Shown: piece after piece, positions 13,149-25,261 of the stretch
Numbering within the stretch: the stretch's first letter is position 1
How the letters are laid out: each line of letters starts with the position of its first letter
NCBI RefSeq assembly: GCF_006345805.1
Contig: NC_042998.1
Span: 88,970,001 to 89,034,000, forward strand
Length of the DNA: 64,000 nt
Source of the DNA: Octopus sinensis
Lineage: Eukaryota
Direction of reading: 5' to 3'
Program-made: the position numbers and the translations under genes
Notes under the pieces: model-generated
Told to the model about the DNA's origin: nothing
The model's database searches: none
The model's input: the letters and a program-made list of their open reading frames with translations, nothing else

Positions 13149-15412
13149 ATAGTGTAATAAATAAAATATATGCATACATACAAACATATATGTACGTACC
13201 TACATCTACATGTATATATACATGCATATATAAATAAATATACGTACAGGACACCACAAAAAGACGTAGAACTCAACAGAAACGAAAACGGAAAAAGCCA
13301 TTTTTTTACAACAGAAAGACAGAGACGTGGAACAGGATGAGAACGAAAACGGGAAAAACATTATTTACAACAGAAAAACAAGGTACAGGACATACTACAC
13401 AAGGAAAAATCCCCTTCATCAGCTGTCGCTAGTAGACTTAGTGTGTTTCGAAGGCAAGACAGGACATGACTCGTCAATACTAGGCCTTCCTGTGAGAGAA
13501 TTAAAATGAAATAACCTCGCAGAGGGGTAAAACAAGCACGGAAAAAATGTAACACAAACAGGACGTAACAATAAAACTGCACAATAAAATACAAGATAAA
13601 AATACATGTACAAGAAAATACAAAACGAGAAATAAAATACAATACGAGAAATCAAAATAAACAAGAAAACAAACGAGAAAAACAAACGAAGGCCTTTGTT
13701 CTGGCTGGGATGGAAGAGGTTCTGGCAAGCGCATGGAAACATGACTGTACGGTTTGAAAGCAACGTGCAAAAAGGATTAGCAGTGACAAAAGTGAGGAGG
13801 AGTGAGAGAGAGAGAGATAGATAGAGGAAGACACGCAGCTGAGAGAGAGATGAGGAAGAGGAGAGAGAGAGGGGAAGGTAAAGCAAAGGGAGAGAATTTT
13901 GCGTCATAATTATATAAAACAATACTGGGAGGATAAGAAATGGAACGAAGCGAAGAATCAAACGAACCCGACGCGAAGCGCTGTCAGACAATAGTGTAAT
14001 AAATAAAAATATATGCATACATACAAACATATATGTACGTACCTACATCTACATGTATATATACATGCATATATAAATATATATACGTACAGGACACCAC
14101 AAAAAGAAGTAGAAGTCAACAGAAACGAAAACGGAAAAGCCATTTTTTTACAACAGAAAGACAGAGACGTGGAACAGGACGAGAACGAAAACGGGAAAAC
14201 ATTATTTACAACAGAAAAACAAGGTACAGGACATACTACACAAGGAAAAATCCCCTTCATCAGCTAGGGCTAGTAGACTTAGCGTGTTTCGAAGGCAAGA
14301 CAGGACACGACTCGTCAATACTAGGCCTTCCTGCGAGAGAATTAAAATGAAATAACCTCGCAGAGGGGTAAAACAAGCACGGAAAAAATGTAACACAAAC
14401 AGGACGTAACAATAAAACTGCACAATAAAATACAAGATAAAAATACATGTACAAGAAAATACAAAACGAGAAATAAAATACAATACGAGAAATCAAAATA
14501 AACAAGAAAACAAACGCGAAAAACAAACGAAGGCCTTTGTTCTGGCTGGGATGGAAGAGGTTCTGGCAAGCGCATGGAAACATGACTGTACGGTTTGAAA
14601 GCAACGTGCAAAAAGGATTAGCAGTGACAAAAGTGAGGAGGAGTGAGAGAGAGAGATAGATAGAGGAAGACACGCAGCTGAGAGAGAGATGAGGAAGAGG
14701 GAGAGAGAGAGGGGAAGGTAAAGCAAAGGGAGAGAATTTTGCGTCATAATTATATAAAACAATACTGGGAGGATAAGAAATGGAACGAAGCGAAGAATCG
14801 AACGAACCCGACGCGAAGCGCTGTCAGACAATAGTGTAATAAATAAAATATATGCATACATACAAACATATATGTACGTACCTACATCTACATGTATATA
14901 TACATGCATATATAAATAAATATACATACAGGACACCACAAAAAGACGTAGAACTCAACAGAAACGAAAACGGAAAAAGCCATTTTTTTACAACAGAAAG
15001 ACAGAGACGTGGAACAGGATGAGAACGAAAATGGGAAAAACATTATTTACAACAGAAAAACAAAGTACAGGACATACTACACAAGGAAAAATCCCCTTCA
15101 TCAGCTGTCGCTAGTAGACTTAGCGTGTTTCGAAGGCAAGACAGGACACGACTCGTCAATACTAGGCCTTCCTGCGAGAGAATTAAAATAAAATAACCTC
15201 GCAGAGGGGTAAAACAAGCACGAAAAAAATGTAACAGAAACAGGACGTAACAATAAAACTGCACAATAAAATACAAGAAAAATACATGTACAAGAAAATA
15301 CAAAACGAGAAATAAAATACAATACGAGAAATCAAAATAAACAAGAAAACAAACGAGAAAAACAAACGAAAGCCTTTGTTCTGGCTGGGACGGAAGAGGT
15401 TCTGGCAAGCGC
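13149..15412 (-). repeat. Tandem array of about 2.7 copies of an 840-842-bp unit (PLE pseudo-LTR or retrozyme-like)
   Basis: Units start at about 13149, 13991 and 14831; the third is truncated at 15412. Few differences between copies. Flanked by the direct repeat ATATATGATATATA (13138-13151, 15413-15426). CpGs retained. Confidence 0.95.
14270..14324 (-). ncRNA. Candidate type I hammerhead-like motif in each tandem unit (also 13429-13483 and 15111-15165)
   Basis: Minus strand: CTAGTA TTGACGA G..C GAAA C acgctaa G TC TACTAG. It has a 6-bp stem I, a GUC triplet and a 2-bp stem III. U at core position 3 and a poor stem II make activity doubtful. Confidence 0.35.
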
Positions 15413-15422
15413 ATATATGATA

Positions 15423-15455
<33 letters not shown>

Positions 15456-15781
15456 CACCAACAAATGAGTAAAAGAGATTCTTTATTAATTACATTGATT
15501 GCTTTGACCCATCTTGCATCAATCTCTCATGGGTGAGATACTGTACAACTGGTTGTGGTGCATCCCATGGTATAGCTGTCTCTTGTCAGTCACTTTTCAA
15601 AAGGTACTTTGCTCAATAAGCTTGGTTTTGCTAGGTTCTATTATAGTGCATGTTGTTATTTGCCTGTAGCTGGTTGTATACAAGTTTCATGGTTTGGAAT
15701 GATATAAATATATATATATATACACGCACACTCACACACATGTATATATTTTCAATAATTGGAATACTTAATTTCTTTCAG

Positions 15782-15941
15782 GTCACAAATGCTGTTCGTA
15801 ACTGTTTGAAATATAGTCCTTCTGGTCAACCAGACACGGCAATGGGAATTGGTGTAGCACTTTCTCCAGCCCCATCTTCCTCAGTAACCATGTCAAAATC
15901 TGCCATTACAAATGCATCTTTCAGAGCCACAAAATTACCAG
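15782..15941 (+). CDS. Internal coding exon (VTNAVRNCLKYSPSGQPDTAMGIGVALSPAPSSSVTMSKSAITNASFRATKLP)
   Basis: TTTCTTTCAG acceptor ending at 15781, 160-nt open frame, GTAACT donor at 15942. Phase 0 in and phase 1 out fit both neighbouring exons. Confidence 0.8.
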
Positions 15942-17077
15942 GTAACTTATATTTCAATATTTTAATGATATAGTTTCAGAAGTTTTTTTTGTTTTTTCTC
16001 TTTTTTTTTTTAATAAAATCCCTGCACACTGATTATAAGGCAAATACCTTACAATTTTTGTTATGACACTCTACAAGTTCAAAGCCTGCCAATGTCACCT
16101 TTTCCTTTCATCGATAAGGTAAAATAACCGTCAATTGCTGGGGGTCTATGGTATTGACTAACCCCTCTTGTCTAATTAAATATATTTTTCTGAATTTCAT
16201 CCTCGTGCATTTACAAGGGAGATTACTCTATAATTTTATTTCGTTTTTGCATTTGGTTTGCAAGATTCTTTATATGAGTTCGTGTGTTGAAGCATATTCT
16301 GTTGTGTCTGGGGAGAGTCATTTTCTTTTTGTGCCTTATAATGTAACACACTCACCGGTAAAATTTCTATTTATTTTTATTTTTGTAAAATTTTTCGTTG
16401 CGTCTTGCAACCTTTTCAAGACTATTAAAATGGTTGCAAGACGCAACAAAAATTTTAGGAAAATAAAAATAAGAAATAAATGGAAATTTTACCAGTGAGT
16501 GTGTTACATTATAAGGCACAGAAAGAAAATGACTCTCCCCAGACACAACAGTCTATAATTTTAATTCTACTTAATTCTAATTCTGATTTCTGACATTTTC
16601 ACAAGGTCACACTTGGTAGGTGGGGAGAATGTAGTTCATTAAAACAAAGGCTTAGTCAGCGGGACAAACGTTATGCCTATGATCATTTTTAGGATATCTG
16701 TGTTTGAAAATGGAGACCCAGCACAAATACTTGTCACACTAAATACATTCAGAGTTTAGGTGGTAGTGTTAAACCAGACAATAAATTTAGTCTACCACAC
16801 AAAATTCAGTTGACCCAGAAACCTGGTTAGCACTGTTCTGTCAATCCAAGAAAGATGAATGGCAAAGTTATCTCTGTTGATGTCTTAACTCAGAAGAGTC
16901 CTTGTAACTAAATAAGTACTCCTTGTCATTTTGTCTGCACCTCTCAGTTTCATCCAACTCACCACTCTATATTAATAGTTCCATTTATCCACTACTGTTC
17001 ATCTAATATTGAAGTATTGGAGCAGTGCTTTCCAAAGGATTGAGCATGTCAGAAATTTTTAGCATCAATGTTTACCC

Positions 17078-17469
17078 TACTCTTTTACTTGTTTCAGTCA
17101 TGTGACTGTGGCCATGCTGGAGCACCGCCTTTAGTCGAGAAATTCGACCCCAGGACTTATTCTTTGTAAGCCTAGTACTTATTCTATTGGTCTCTTTTCC
17201 CGAACCGCTAAGTTACGGAGACATAAACACACCAGGATCGATTGTCAAGCGATGTTGGGGGGGACAAACCCAGACACACAAACATGTACATATATATACA
17301 TATATACGACAGGCTTCTTTCAGTTTCCGTCTACCAAATCCACTCACAAGCTTTGGTTGGCCCGAGGCTATAGTAGAAGACACTTGGCCAAGGTGCCACA
17401 CAGTGAGACTGAATCCAGAACCATATGGCTAGTGAGCAAGCTACTTACCACACAGCCACTCCTACACCT
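17078..17469 (-). mobile_element. tRNA-derived SINE (family B)
   Basis: Minus head AGTGGCTGTGTGGTAAGTAGCTTGC, central CCTTGGCCAAGTGTCTTCTACTATAGCC, tail GACTGAAACAAGTAAAAGAGTA. Homologous to 27385, 42318 and 46165. Confidence 0.85.
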
Positions 17470-17485
17470 AAAATGAAATGCTATC

Positions 17486-17604
17486 TGTCAGAAGTGGGAT
17501 TCGAACCCACGCCCACATTCGTGGACCAGCATGCTCAATGTTCCGGTTAAGGTGCATTACATGTACTTTGAGTCTGGCACCTAAGACCACTTGGCCGTTC
17601 AATT
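17486..17604 (-). tRNA. tRNA-Leu(CAA) with a 35-nt intron, probable pseudogene
   Basis: Minus strand: GGCCAAGTGGTCTTAGGTG CCAGA CT CAA A [35-nt intron containing TTGAG] T GCTGG, variable arm CCAC-GAAT-GTGG, T arm GTGGG TTCGAAT CCCAC, then TTCTGACA and a TTTT run. Acceptor positions 1-4 read AATT instead of GTCA, and position 8 is C. Confidence 0.85.
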
Positions 17605-19874
17605 TTTTATTTTTTATTGTTTTGCCATTGGTATGCATAGATATTCGTTTGTGTGCAAATTTTGTTAGTTTTTGCAAAGTATGTACTCATCCATGTGAGC
17701 ATCCATCACTCAAATGCTATATCAACGATTTTATCTTCAAAAACTTCGTGTGTTTGAAATAATTATTTGTGCATTTGTTGTAAAATATACATGTACACAA
17801 TGCACAAGCGCACAGCTTAAAGAGAACATTGTATGTCTGTGATCCAACCACTGTCCTTTTTTTAAAAAATAGTGTATCTTGGACTATCTTATCAAATATC
17901 TCCTTCTTTTGTAAGACATTTGCTTCACAACCATTTGGTGTGAATTCACTCCCACTGTGTGGAATCTTGGGCAATTGTCTCCTACCATATTGTCAGGCTG
18001 ACCAAACCATTGTAAATGTATTTGGTAGACAAACTGATAGAAACCCATCATCTGTGTGTATGTGTGTGTGTTTCTCTCCTTCTTTTGACGTCATAGTACA
18101 ATAGTTGTAAATGTGCCTCACTGTTACACAAGTGTTGTTCATTTCCAACCTTCCATGGATGCCTGTCCAATCATTTTGGAAATAGTACCTTGTTTGGAAG
18201 CAAGTGAGGATTGACTACAGGAAGGGCTTCAACTGTGCTTCACTGGCTCCCGCTTGATCCCTGCAAAAATGGAAAAGTAGAAGTTAAAACGATAGAATTA
18301 GGGTGAGTTAAACAACTAACATCTGTCTCTCAAATTTCTGGTCTTGTGCCCATGTTTGAAGTAATTGTTTTTATCATTTAAAAAAAAATTAAATATTCAA
18401 TCTACATTCAAAGGGATATCAGATAAATTGCTTCGAATATGATAGATAAAGTGGAAACTTTAATCACATCGATTTTTAACAAAGGAAACGCAAAACAAAC
18501 TATAGTAGTTTCTACTAAGCAATTAAAAAAAATCACCTATATTCTCCCAGGTGTCTTATAAGCTCTGTCCCTTGATTAAAAAAATATCAGAAGGTGTCAT
18601 TTAATTTATAATTTTCTTTTTAAATATAAAATCAAATCAAAAAAATATATGAATACGTTGATACTTTTCACCTCTGACTGGTATCATTTTACGTTAGATT
18701 ATTAGCAGTTAACATCATTCAGAATTAATCTTATGTCACTTTTACTTCAAGGGAGACAACTTCATTGGCAATTTGAAATGAGAGAATTTGCATTTTTTAT
18801 TTTTTAGCTGTAGATCTATGCTCAAGCTACTCCAGCCATAATCACCACTTCTTTTTGTTTAGACAGTGTTTCTAGGACAAATTATCCAATATGTTATTTC
18901 TTTATAGATAGTAGGCTGAGATTTGAGAAATATTTGACGTCTAATTTTGGCAGATCAAGCGATCTTATAAACTCTATTAATTGAAGTTTCCTGTTGGTTT
19001 GAGCTTAAAATATTCAATCATTGATTTGTATTTCTCCGTTACTGCTAAAAGGCAAGGGAAATAACTTCGGACATATCAAATTGATATGAATTATTTTTTT
19101 AATCAACCATTTAAAGTAAATTATATACCTTATCTTTCATGGGAGATAATTTTTTTGACACTTTCTGTGTTATATGTAAAATACAACACAATGTTAGTAA
19201 AAATAGTTGAGCACTGGTCTTATATCTTCATGTTCCTTGCCTTTTAACCTTTTTTTTTCTTAGCGAGTCAGAATAACTGCTTGCAATATTCCATTTCAAT
19301 GAATTTGTCCTACGTCTAAAGTGATCACATACTAATATAGTAGAGTTATTAGAAATAGCAGGGTCAAATTCACTGAATATTTTGTTGTATTGGCATACTG
19401 CCCTACCTAATGGTTTCAGGTTCAGTCCCATAGTGTGGCACCTAGGCAAGTCTCTACTACTCTATATTACAATCAAAGTTTTGTGAGTTGATTTGGTTGA
19501 CAGAAACAGAAAGAAACCAATCATGCATGTGCCTTCTTGTCTTCACATTGTGTGCAATACTTTAAAAAACTCCTATCACATATGTGGTGTCATTTGTTTC
19601 TGGTTTCCCATGATGCAAAACCATGTCAGGTGATGGGGGAAATAATATCTTGCTTGGAAACAGGTGAGGAGGGTAACAGTAAGGGTACCTGGCTGTAGAA
19701 AATCAGCCTCAGTGAATTCCGTATCAACCAAGGAAGTATGAAAAAATTGAACATTGGATTGATGATGATGGTGATGATGATTGCAGTATTTGTTCTGGTT
19801 CTTTGCCTCTTAAGTTCAACTTCAGCTGAGGTCAACTTTGTCCCTCATTTTCCTGGGTTGATAAAATAGAATAC

Positions 19875-20075
19875 TCATCATCATCATCATTTAACGTCCA
19901 ATTTCTATGCTGGCATGGGTTAGACAGTTTGACTGAATACTGGTAAGCCAGGGAGCTACACTAGGTTCCAGTCTGGTTTGGCATAGTTTCTATGGCTGGA
20001 TGCTCTTCCTAGTGCCAACAACTCTAAGAATGTAGTGGATGCTTTTTACATGCTACCAGCACTGGTGCCATTGAC
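19875..20075 (-). mobile_element. RTE-type 3' UTR fragment ending in (GAT)n
   Basis: Reverse complement of the tail at 29640-29730 (AAAAAGCATCCACTACA..CCATxCCAGCAT..CGTTAAA..GATGATG). Confidence 0.65.
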
Positions 20076-20843
20076 AAGACACCAGCTTTGGCCACTAAAT
20101 TAAATACCAATATTTAATTTAATATTCAATAGATCTGTCCCACCAAATTTGTGATCTTTTGTCTCTATATTAGAAATCAGTGTTTAGTTATGCTTTTATG
20201 TCCTGGTTCAACACCTGTTAGAATCGATTTTTATTCCTCTGGAGTTGATAAAATAAGTGTATTATTTCTTTCAGATTCAGTTTTACATGTAGTCAAAATA
20301 AGTAACTATTATCATATTTTTATATTAACTACTGTTATTGTTTTTAAGGAAGGATGTTTGAATATTTTCTTCACAAGTTATTTTAATTAAAAATTACTTG
20401 GATTGTTTATAATCAAAGGAATGCATTTGAATTGCTGAAGAATAAAAACTGTTAGCTTCATTTTATGGCAAAAGAGAATAAAATATAAGACAAGATACCG
20501 TATATAGCTACCTAATTTGGTGGTTCTGAAAATTTTTATGTTCAATGAATGCCATAAAATATTTGGTGTTACTTTCAAACACCAAATATTTTGTGACAAT
20601 ATAAGAAGAACTATTTAAATTAAAAGTAGAAATCTAAGTTGCCATATGAATACAAAGCTGATCCCACCCATGCTAGCATGGCAGACGGACGTTAAATGAT
20701 GATGATGATGACATATATATATATAGTATTGAATATATTGTTAAATATTCATTTATGTATATTTTACATATATTTACATAATGCAAACATCTATATAGAA
20801 TTCAATATGTTGGTTAGAGTGGATAGATATTTCTATTTCTATT

Positions 20844-20874
<31 letters not shown>

Positions 20875-21115
20875 TCTTTTTTTTTTCTTCTTTCAAACTT
20901 GCCAAGTGTCTTCCCGACTCCTAGGGCAAAGAAACTCATAGTATACATTGGTAGGCCATTAAACTAAACTCACTAGATCATTTTTTTTTTTTTTTTAAAG
21001 TTAAATTAAAATACATGGGTAGTAATAGTTCTCACATCTGTGGGACTTTCCAGTACATACAGACTGAACCATTTCTATCCTTAGAAATAAGATGGGTAGT
21101 AATAGTTCTCACATC

Positions 21116-21738
21116 AGGGTATGGGTATAAAATTGCCAATAAAAAAATAAGCCATCTATTTTATATGGATGACTTAAAACTCTATGGTAAAGACGATAAT
21201 GAACTTGAAGGCCTATTGCGCACTGTGAAAGCATTCAGCGATGACATCGGGATGGAGTTTGGGCTTGAGAAGTGTGCCAAGGCCACTTTCCAGAAAGGGA
21301 AAGTGAAGACCACAAATTCAGTCGTGTTACATGTTGACACAGTCATAAGAGAGCTTGAGCAAGAACAAACATACAAATATTTAGGGATAAATGAAGGCTC
21401 TGGTATTCAGCATGCAAGCATGAAAGAGAAGATCAGGAAGGAATGTTATAGGAGAGTTCGTGCAGTCCTGAAATCTGAACTAAATGCACATAACAAGGTG
21501 TTAGCTATAAATTCCTTAGCAGTTCCAGTTGTTACTTATAGCTACAATGTGTTGAACTGGAATATGAATGAAGTAAAGAATATAGATAGGAAAATATGCA
21601 AGCTGCTGAGTTGTAATAGGATGCACCACCCAAAGGCAGACGTAGATTGCCTTTACCTTCCCAGAGCCCAAGGAGGTCGAGGCCTGATCCAATTTGAACT
21701 AGTTTACAAAACAACCACAATTGGACTGGCCAAATATC
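21116..21738 (+). mobile_element. R4/Dong-like non-LTR retrotransposon RT fragment, open frame
   Basis: GYGYKIANKKISHLFYMDDLKLY..FGLEKCAK..YKYLG..NKVLAINSLAVPVVTYS..LYLPRAQGGRGL, within ORF 21015-21944. Confidence 0.85.
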
Positions 21739-22140
21739 CCTCCTCACATTTGCCAATTTGTTCTCGTCCAAATAGGGCCTACTGTCTTGATTCCGTGTTC
21801 TCCATATACTGTAAGAGTTTGCAGTGTGTCTCTCTTGAGATGGCCGACCTAATGCATAGTAATAAGCGTATATTACTTCTTTATACTCTTCTCGGGTCCA
21901 TTTGTTCCACTTCATTTTTCTTTCTGTGGTGGTTGTGGTGGTGAACTTGAAGGGCTCGAGTTGGGGAATTTCCCGTTCAAGTGACCATCCATGTCCGTAT
22001 TTGGAGAAGAGTTTGTGCCAGTTGATGACTTTTTGATCTCAGGCTGGCTCTTCCCTGGGGGACGCGCTTCCAGATTAACCATAGGACAAGCGATTTGGTA
22101 TACTGATTTAGTTTTCCTTTTAGTTTCCAAAAACATTTTG
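21733..22140 (-). mobile_element. R4/Dong-like ORF N-terminal fragment, inverted relative to the RT fragment
   Basis: KWNKWTREEYKEVIYAYYYALGRP..IWRTRNQDSRPYLDENKLANVRRDI resembles the R4/Dong N-terminus. One-base frameshift near 21913. Confidence 0.7.
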
Positions 22141-22700
22141 GTGCTACGATAATGTTATCATTTTTGAGCTTTGATTGGCTCGTGGGGAGACGGCCATCAT
22201 TGCCGTTACAATTATAATCGTACCATTATAGCAGCCTAGTTGGCTTATTATTGTTATTATCATCACCTTTATTATCACTATTATCATTATCACCACTATT
22301 ACTATCATCATCACCACTATTACTATCATCATTATCATTATCACCATCATCATCATCAGCAGCAGCAATGATATTGTTTTATGTGTAGTCACAGCAGTAT
22401 CTTATTATTGTTATTTTTGTTTTTATCATTATCACCATCACAGTAGTGTCTGTCTGTCTCTCTCGTTGACTGGCTGGGTGGTTGGCTGGCTGGCTGTCAT
22501 CAACGCCAGAATTCTTGCCTGTCAAATAATACTTTCATATTTGGTTAACATCTAAAGAGCCGAGGTGAGGTTTGTGTTGGCTGAACTCTGTGAGTGTGTG
22601 TGTGTGTACGTGTGTGTAGATAGATAGATTATCAGCACTATTACTATCATTATTATCATCACCACCATCATCACCATCACCACCATCATCATCTGTGATA

Positions 22701-22772
<72 letters not shown>

Positions 22773-22773
22773 T

Positions 22774-23288
22774 TGAGTGAGAGAGCAGTGCATGCCATCA
22801 AAGTGACACTGGGATAAAATATACAAAGCCCAGTGTACCCATCATGGTTACCTGTCCGAAAAGGGTACACCTGGCACATGTATCACAACCTTAAGTGCAC
22901 GACACGGTGATCTCATATCAAGATAACCAGCACATGGCCTTGCAGGTGGGGCTCAGTTAGAATTTTCTTCAGGTCAAATAGCCCATCCTACTCAAAAGGT
23001 CTCTGAATAAGGGTTGTTTGTTGAACGAAACACCTACGTTTTCAAAGGTGAATTATCCAAACCCCAAAGACCCCCACTGAATACATGGCTATGATGCTCC
23101 CCCACTACTTCTGCTCATGATCAAAAATGCACATATCATCAAACTAACAAGCAAATCTGTGGTATTGAACAGAATATTTACTGTAGCCCATCTTTTATAC
23201 CAAGACAAAACAATATACATGATAGCACTTCCAATCAGTTAAGATAAGAATCCATGAGAGCCACTGCCTGGTACTGCATCTGGGCATT
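22774..23288 (-). mobile_element. Non-coding element of about 515 bp embedded in (ATT)n/(TAA)n
   Basis: A complex sequence block bounded on both sides by long (ATT)n runs (about 22705-22772 and 23288-23370). I recognise it as a common octopus dispersed repeat but cannot assign its class. Confidence 0.55.
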
Positions 23289-23877
23289 TATTATTATTAT
23301 TATTATCATTATTATTATTATTATCATTATTATTATTATTATTATTATTATTTTATTATTATTATTATTATATTAAACAGTGGCAGTCTACTTTATGTAG
23401 ACTTTCAATGATAAAATGTGTGTGTGAGATTGAGAGGGAGAGAGAGAGAGTTGCAAGTGCATTTTTAGGTTTCTACCAACCAATTCAATGATTTTATTAA
23501 GATTCAGTGTACAAGAAGTACCTGTGCAGATGAATAATTCCGAGTGGGTGTAGCGCGCACTGCATTACCCCCACCTATTGGCCCAAGAAGACTTTCACCG
23601 GTGTGACATGAGAATTGACAAAACTGGGAACTTCCAAGGCCTCAGGTTTTATTTTGGAGATTTCCTTCTCCTAGTAGATTACCAACCAAAGTTAAAGAGC
23701 TTCTACCTGTCCATGAGGTAAGCTATGAGACACCAAACTGACACCCAAACGCTACATAGAGTGATTGAATATCTTTCCAGTGTCCGACACAAAGCAGCTC
23801 ATATACAAACAAAACATGTATGTATATATATATTCAGATGAAAATTAAATGGAATTTTTACACTTTTCTTTGTGCAG

Positions 23878-24329
23878 ATGATATTTCAGTTCCAGATGAC
23901 GAAAATGATGCATCTGCCAAACCTCTTCCAACCATTGATGAGGATGCTGACAGTCCAGGGGAAAAGTCTAATAATAAACCATCCAGTCGACCACCAAAGA
24001 GTGCCCGCAAATCTGATAAAGCTAAAAAAGAACGGCGTTGCAATTCTGAGACCAGCGAACTTCCATCTTTACGGTCTTCAGTATTCAATGGAGAAAGTAG
24101 TCTGAGTGATATTTCTGTAGCAATCATTAAAAATCGTGAGCGAACAATTGTAGATAACTTAGAGATGACAGACATGACACCAAAAATGCCTCCTACATCT
24201 AGTAGTGTTGATGACTCTATCATGGCCGCTGCTTCAGGATCACAAGATGACAGTGACAAAATGCACGGTCCGGTCAAATACAAAATGCAGTCTTCTAACA
24301 GTCTTGGAAAAGATATGAAACTTGCTTAA
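23878..24329 (+). CDS. Terminal coding exon, low-complexity Ser/Asp/Lys-rich C-terminus (DDISVPDDENDASAK..GKDMKLA*)
   Basis: CTTTTCTTTGTGCAG acceptor ending at 23877. G|AT completes Asp after the phase-1 donor at 15941. Open for 150 codons to TAA at 24327-24329. Confidence 0.8.
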
Positions 24330-24682
24330 AGTTGGCAGCAGTCACCTAGCAATAACATAAGCCATGGGACTTGATATTTGAAGTCTAGTCTCAGCAACAT
24401 CAAAAATAAGTGACATCGTGTTACAACCATCTGTTAAGTATTATTACTGTGATTCCATATTGTTTGTAATTTATCCTCTCTAAATGATTATGAGTTGTTA
24501 TTACAAAAACAAAACAACAAAAAAATGGTAAAATGGTATTTGTAAGCATTTTTTGTTTGTATTTTTTTCCCATTTTAGTTTCTTCACAGTTCACTTCACC
24601 GAGATTTGTCTAGTTTGGAAATCGTGGTTTATATATAGAAACTTTATCATAAAAAGACACCACTCACCCATTCCCTTGCAAG

Positions 24683-24718
<36 letters not shown>

Positions 24719-25145
24719 GAGAACACATATTCTAGTTGTATCTTGTAATTCAACAATGATGTATCTTTGAAGCTTCTTGTATTATTACTTGTGTTTCACA
24801 TTACCAATTATGCAAATAACTGAAGAAGTGAAGTGGCATGACAGTATATAAGCAAAGATATTGGTAAACACATCAGTATATGATTAGACTTTAAGATTTG
24901 GTTAGTTGCCTAAAAACATTAGAAAATGCATTCCATATTCATCTATTTCATTATCTTACACAGAACATGTGACATAATATATTTACATACAAAAGCTTAT
25001 TTTCATCTTTTCAGTTTCATATGTGTAAAACTCAAAAGAAAGGAAAATGTTTGTTGTTACGAGAGTTTTACTGTTGAAGAATAACTGAACTTATTTTTCC
25101 CAATAAGTATTCTCTTCTGGAGTATGGTCGTGCCATTGTTAGGGA

Positions 25146-25261
25146 AATAAAATATTCTAATTGGTTGGTATTTGGAAATTTCTCAATAAACATCAATGTT
25201 TGCATTTGTAAAATTTTACCATTTCAATCTTTTGTCCAAAAATGCTGAAGACTGGAATAAA
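25146..25261 (+). other. Possible polyadenylation signals in the 3' UTR
   Basis: AATAAA at 25146, 25185 and 25256, downstream of the stop codon. The AT-rich context makes chance occurrence likely. Confidence 0.2.

Noticed and set aside
13149-15412. Repeat array as a CRISPR-like locus
   Set aside because: The units are 840 bp with no unique spacers, the context is eukaryotic, and no cas genes are present.
13327-15464. Many ORFs of 60-200 aa in the tandem array
   Set aside because: They are F/L/C/Y-rich products of a T-rich strand, repeated with the unit, and show no domain-like pattern.
6755-15830. Faint resemblance of YADVLLVTNAVRNCLKY to a bromodomain C-terminal helix or PH-domain end
   Set aside because: The spacing and key residues (bromodomain Asn, PH-domain Trp) do not fit, so no gene symbol was assigned.
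21042-21051. Perfect NF-kB site GGGACTTTCC
   Set aside because: A single 10-mer at a retrotransposon junction is compatible with chance in 64 kb.
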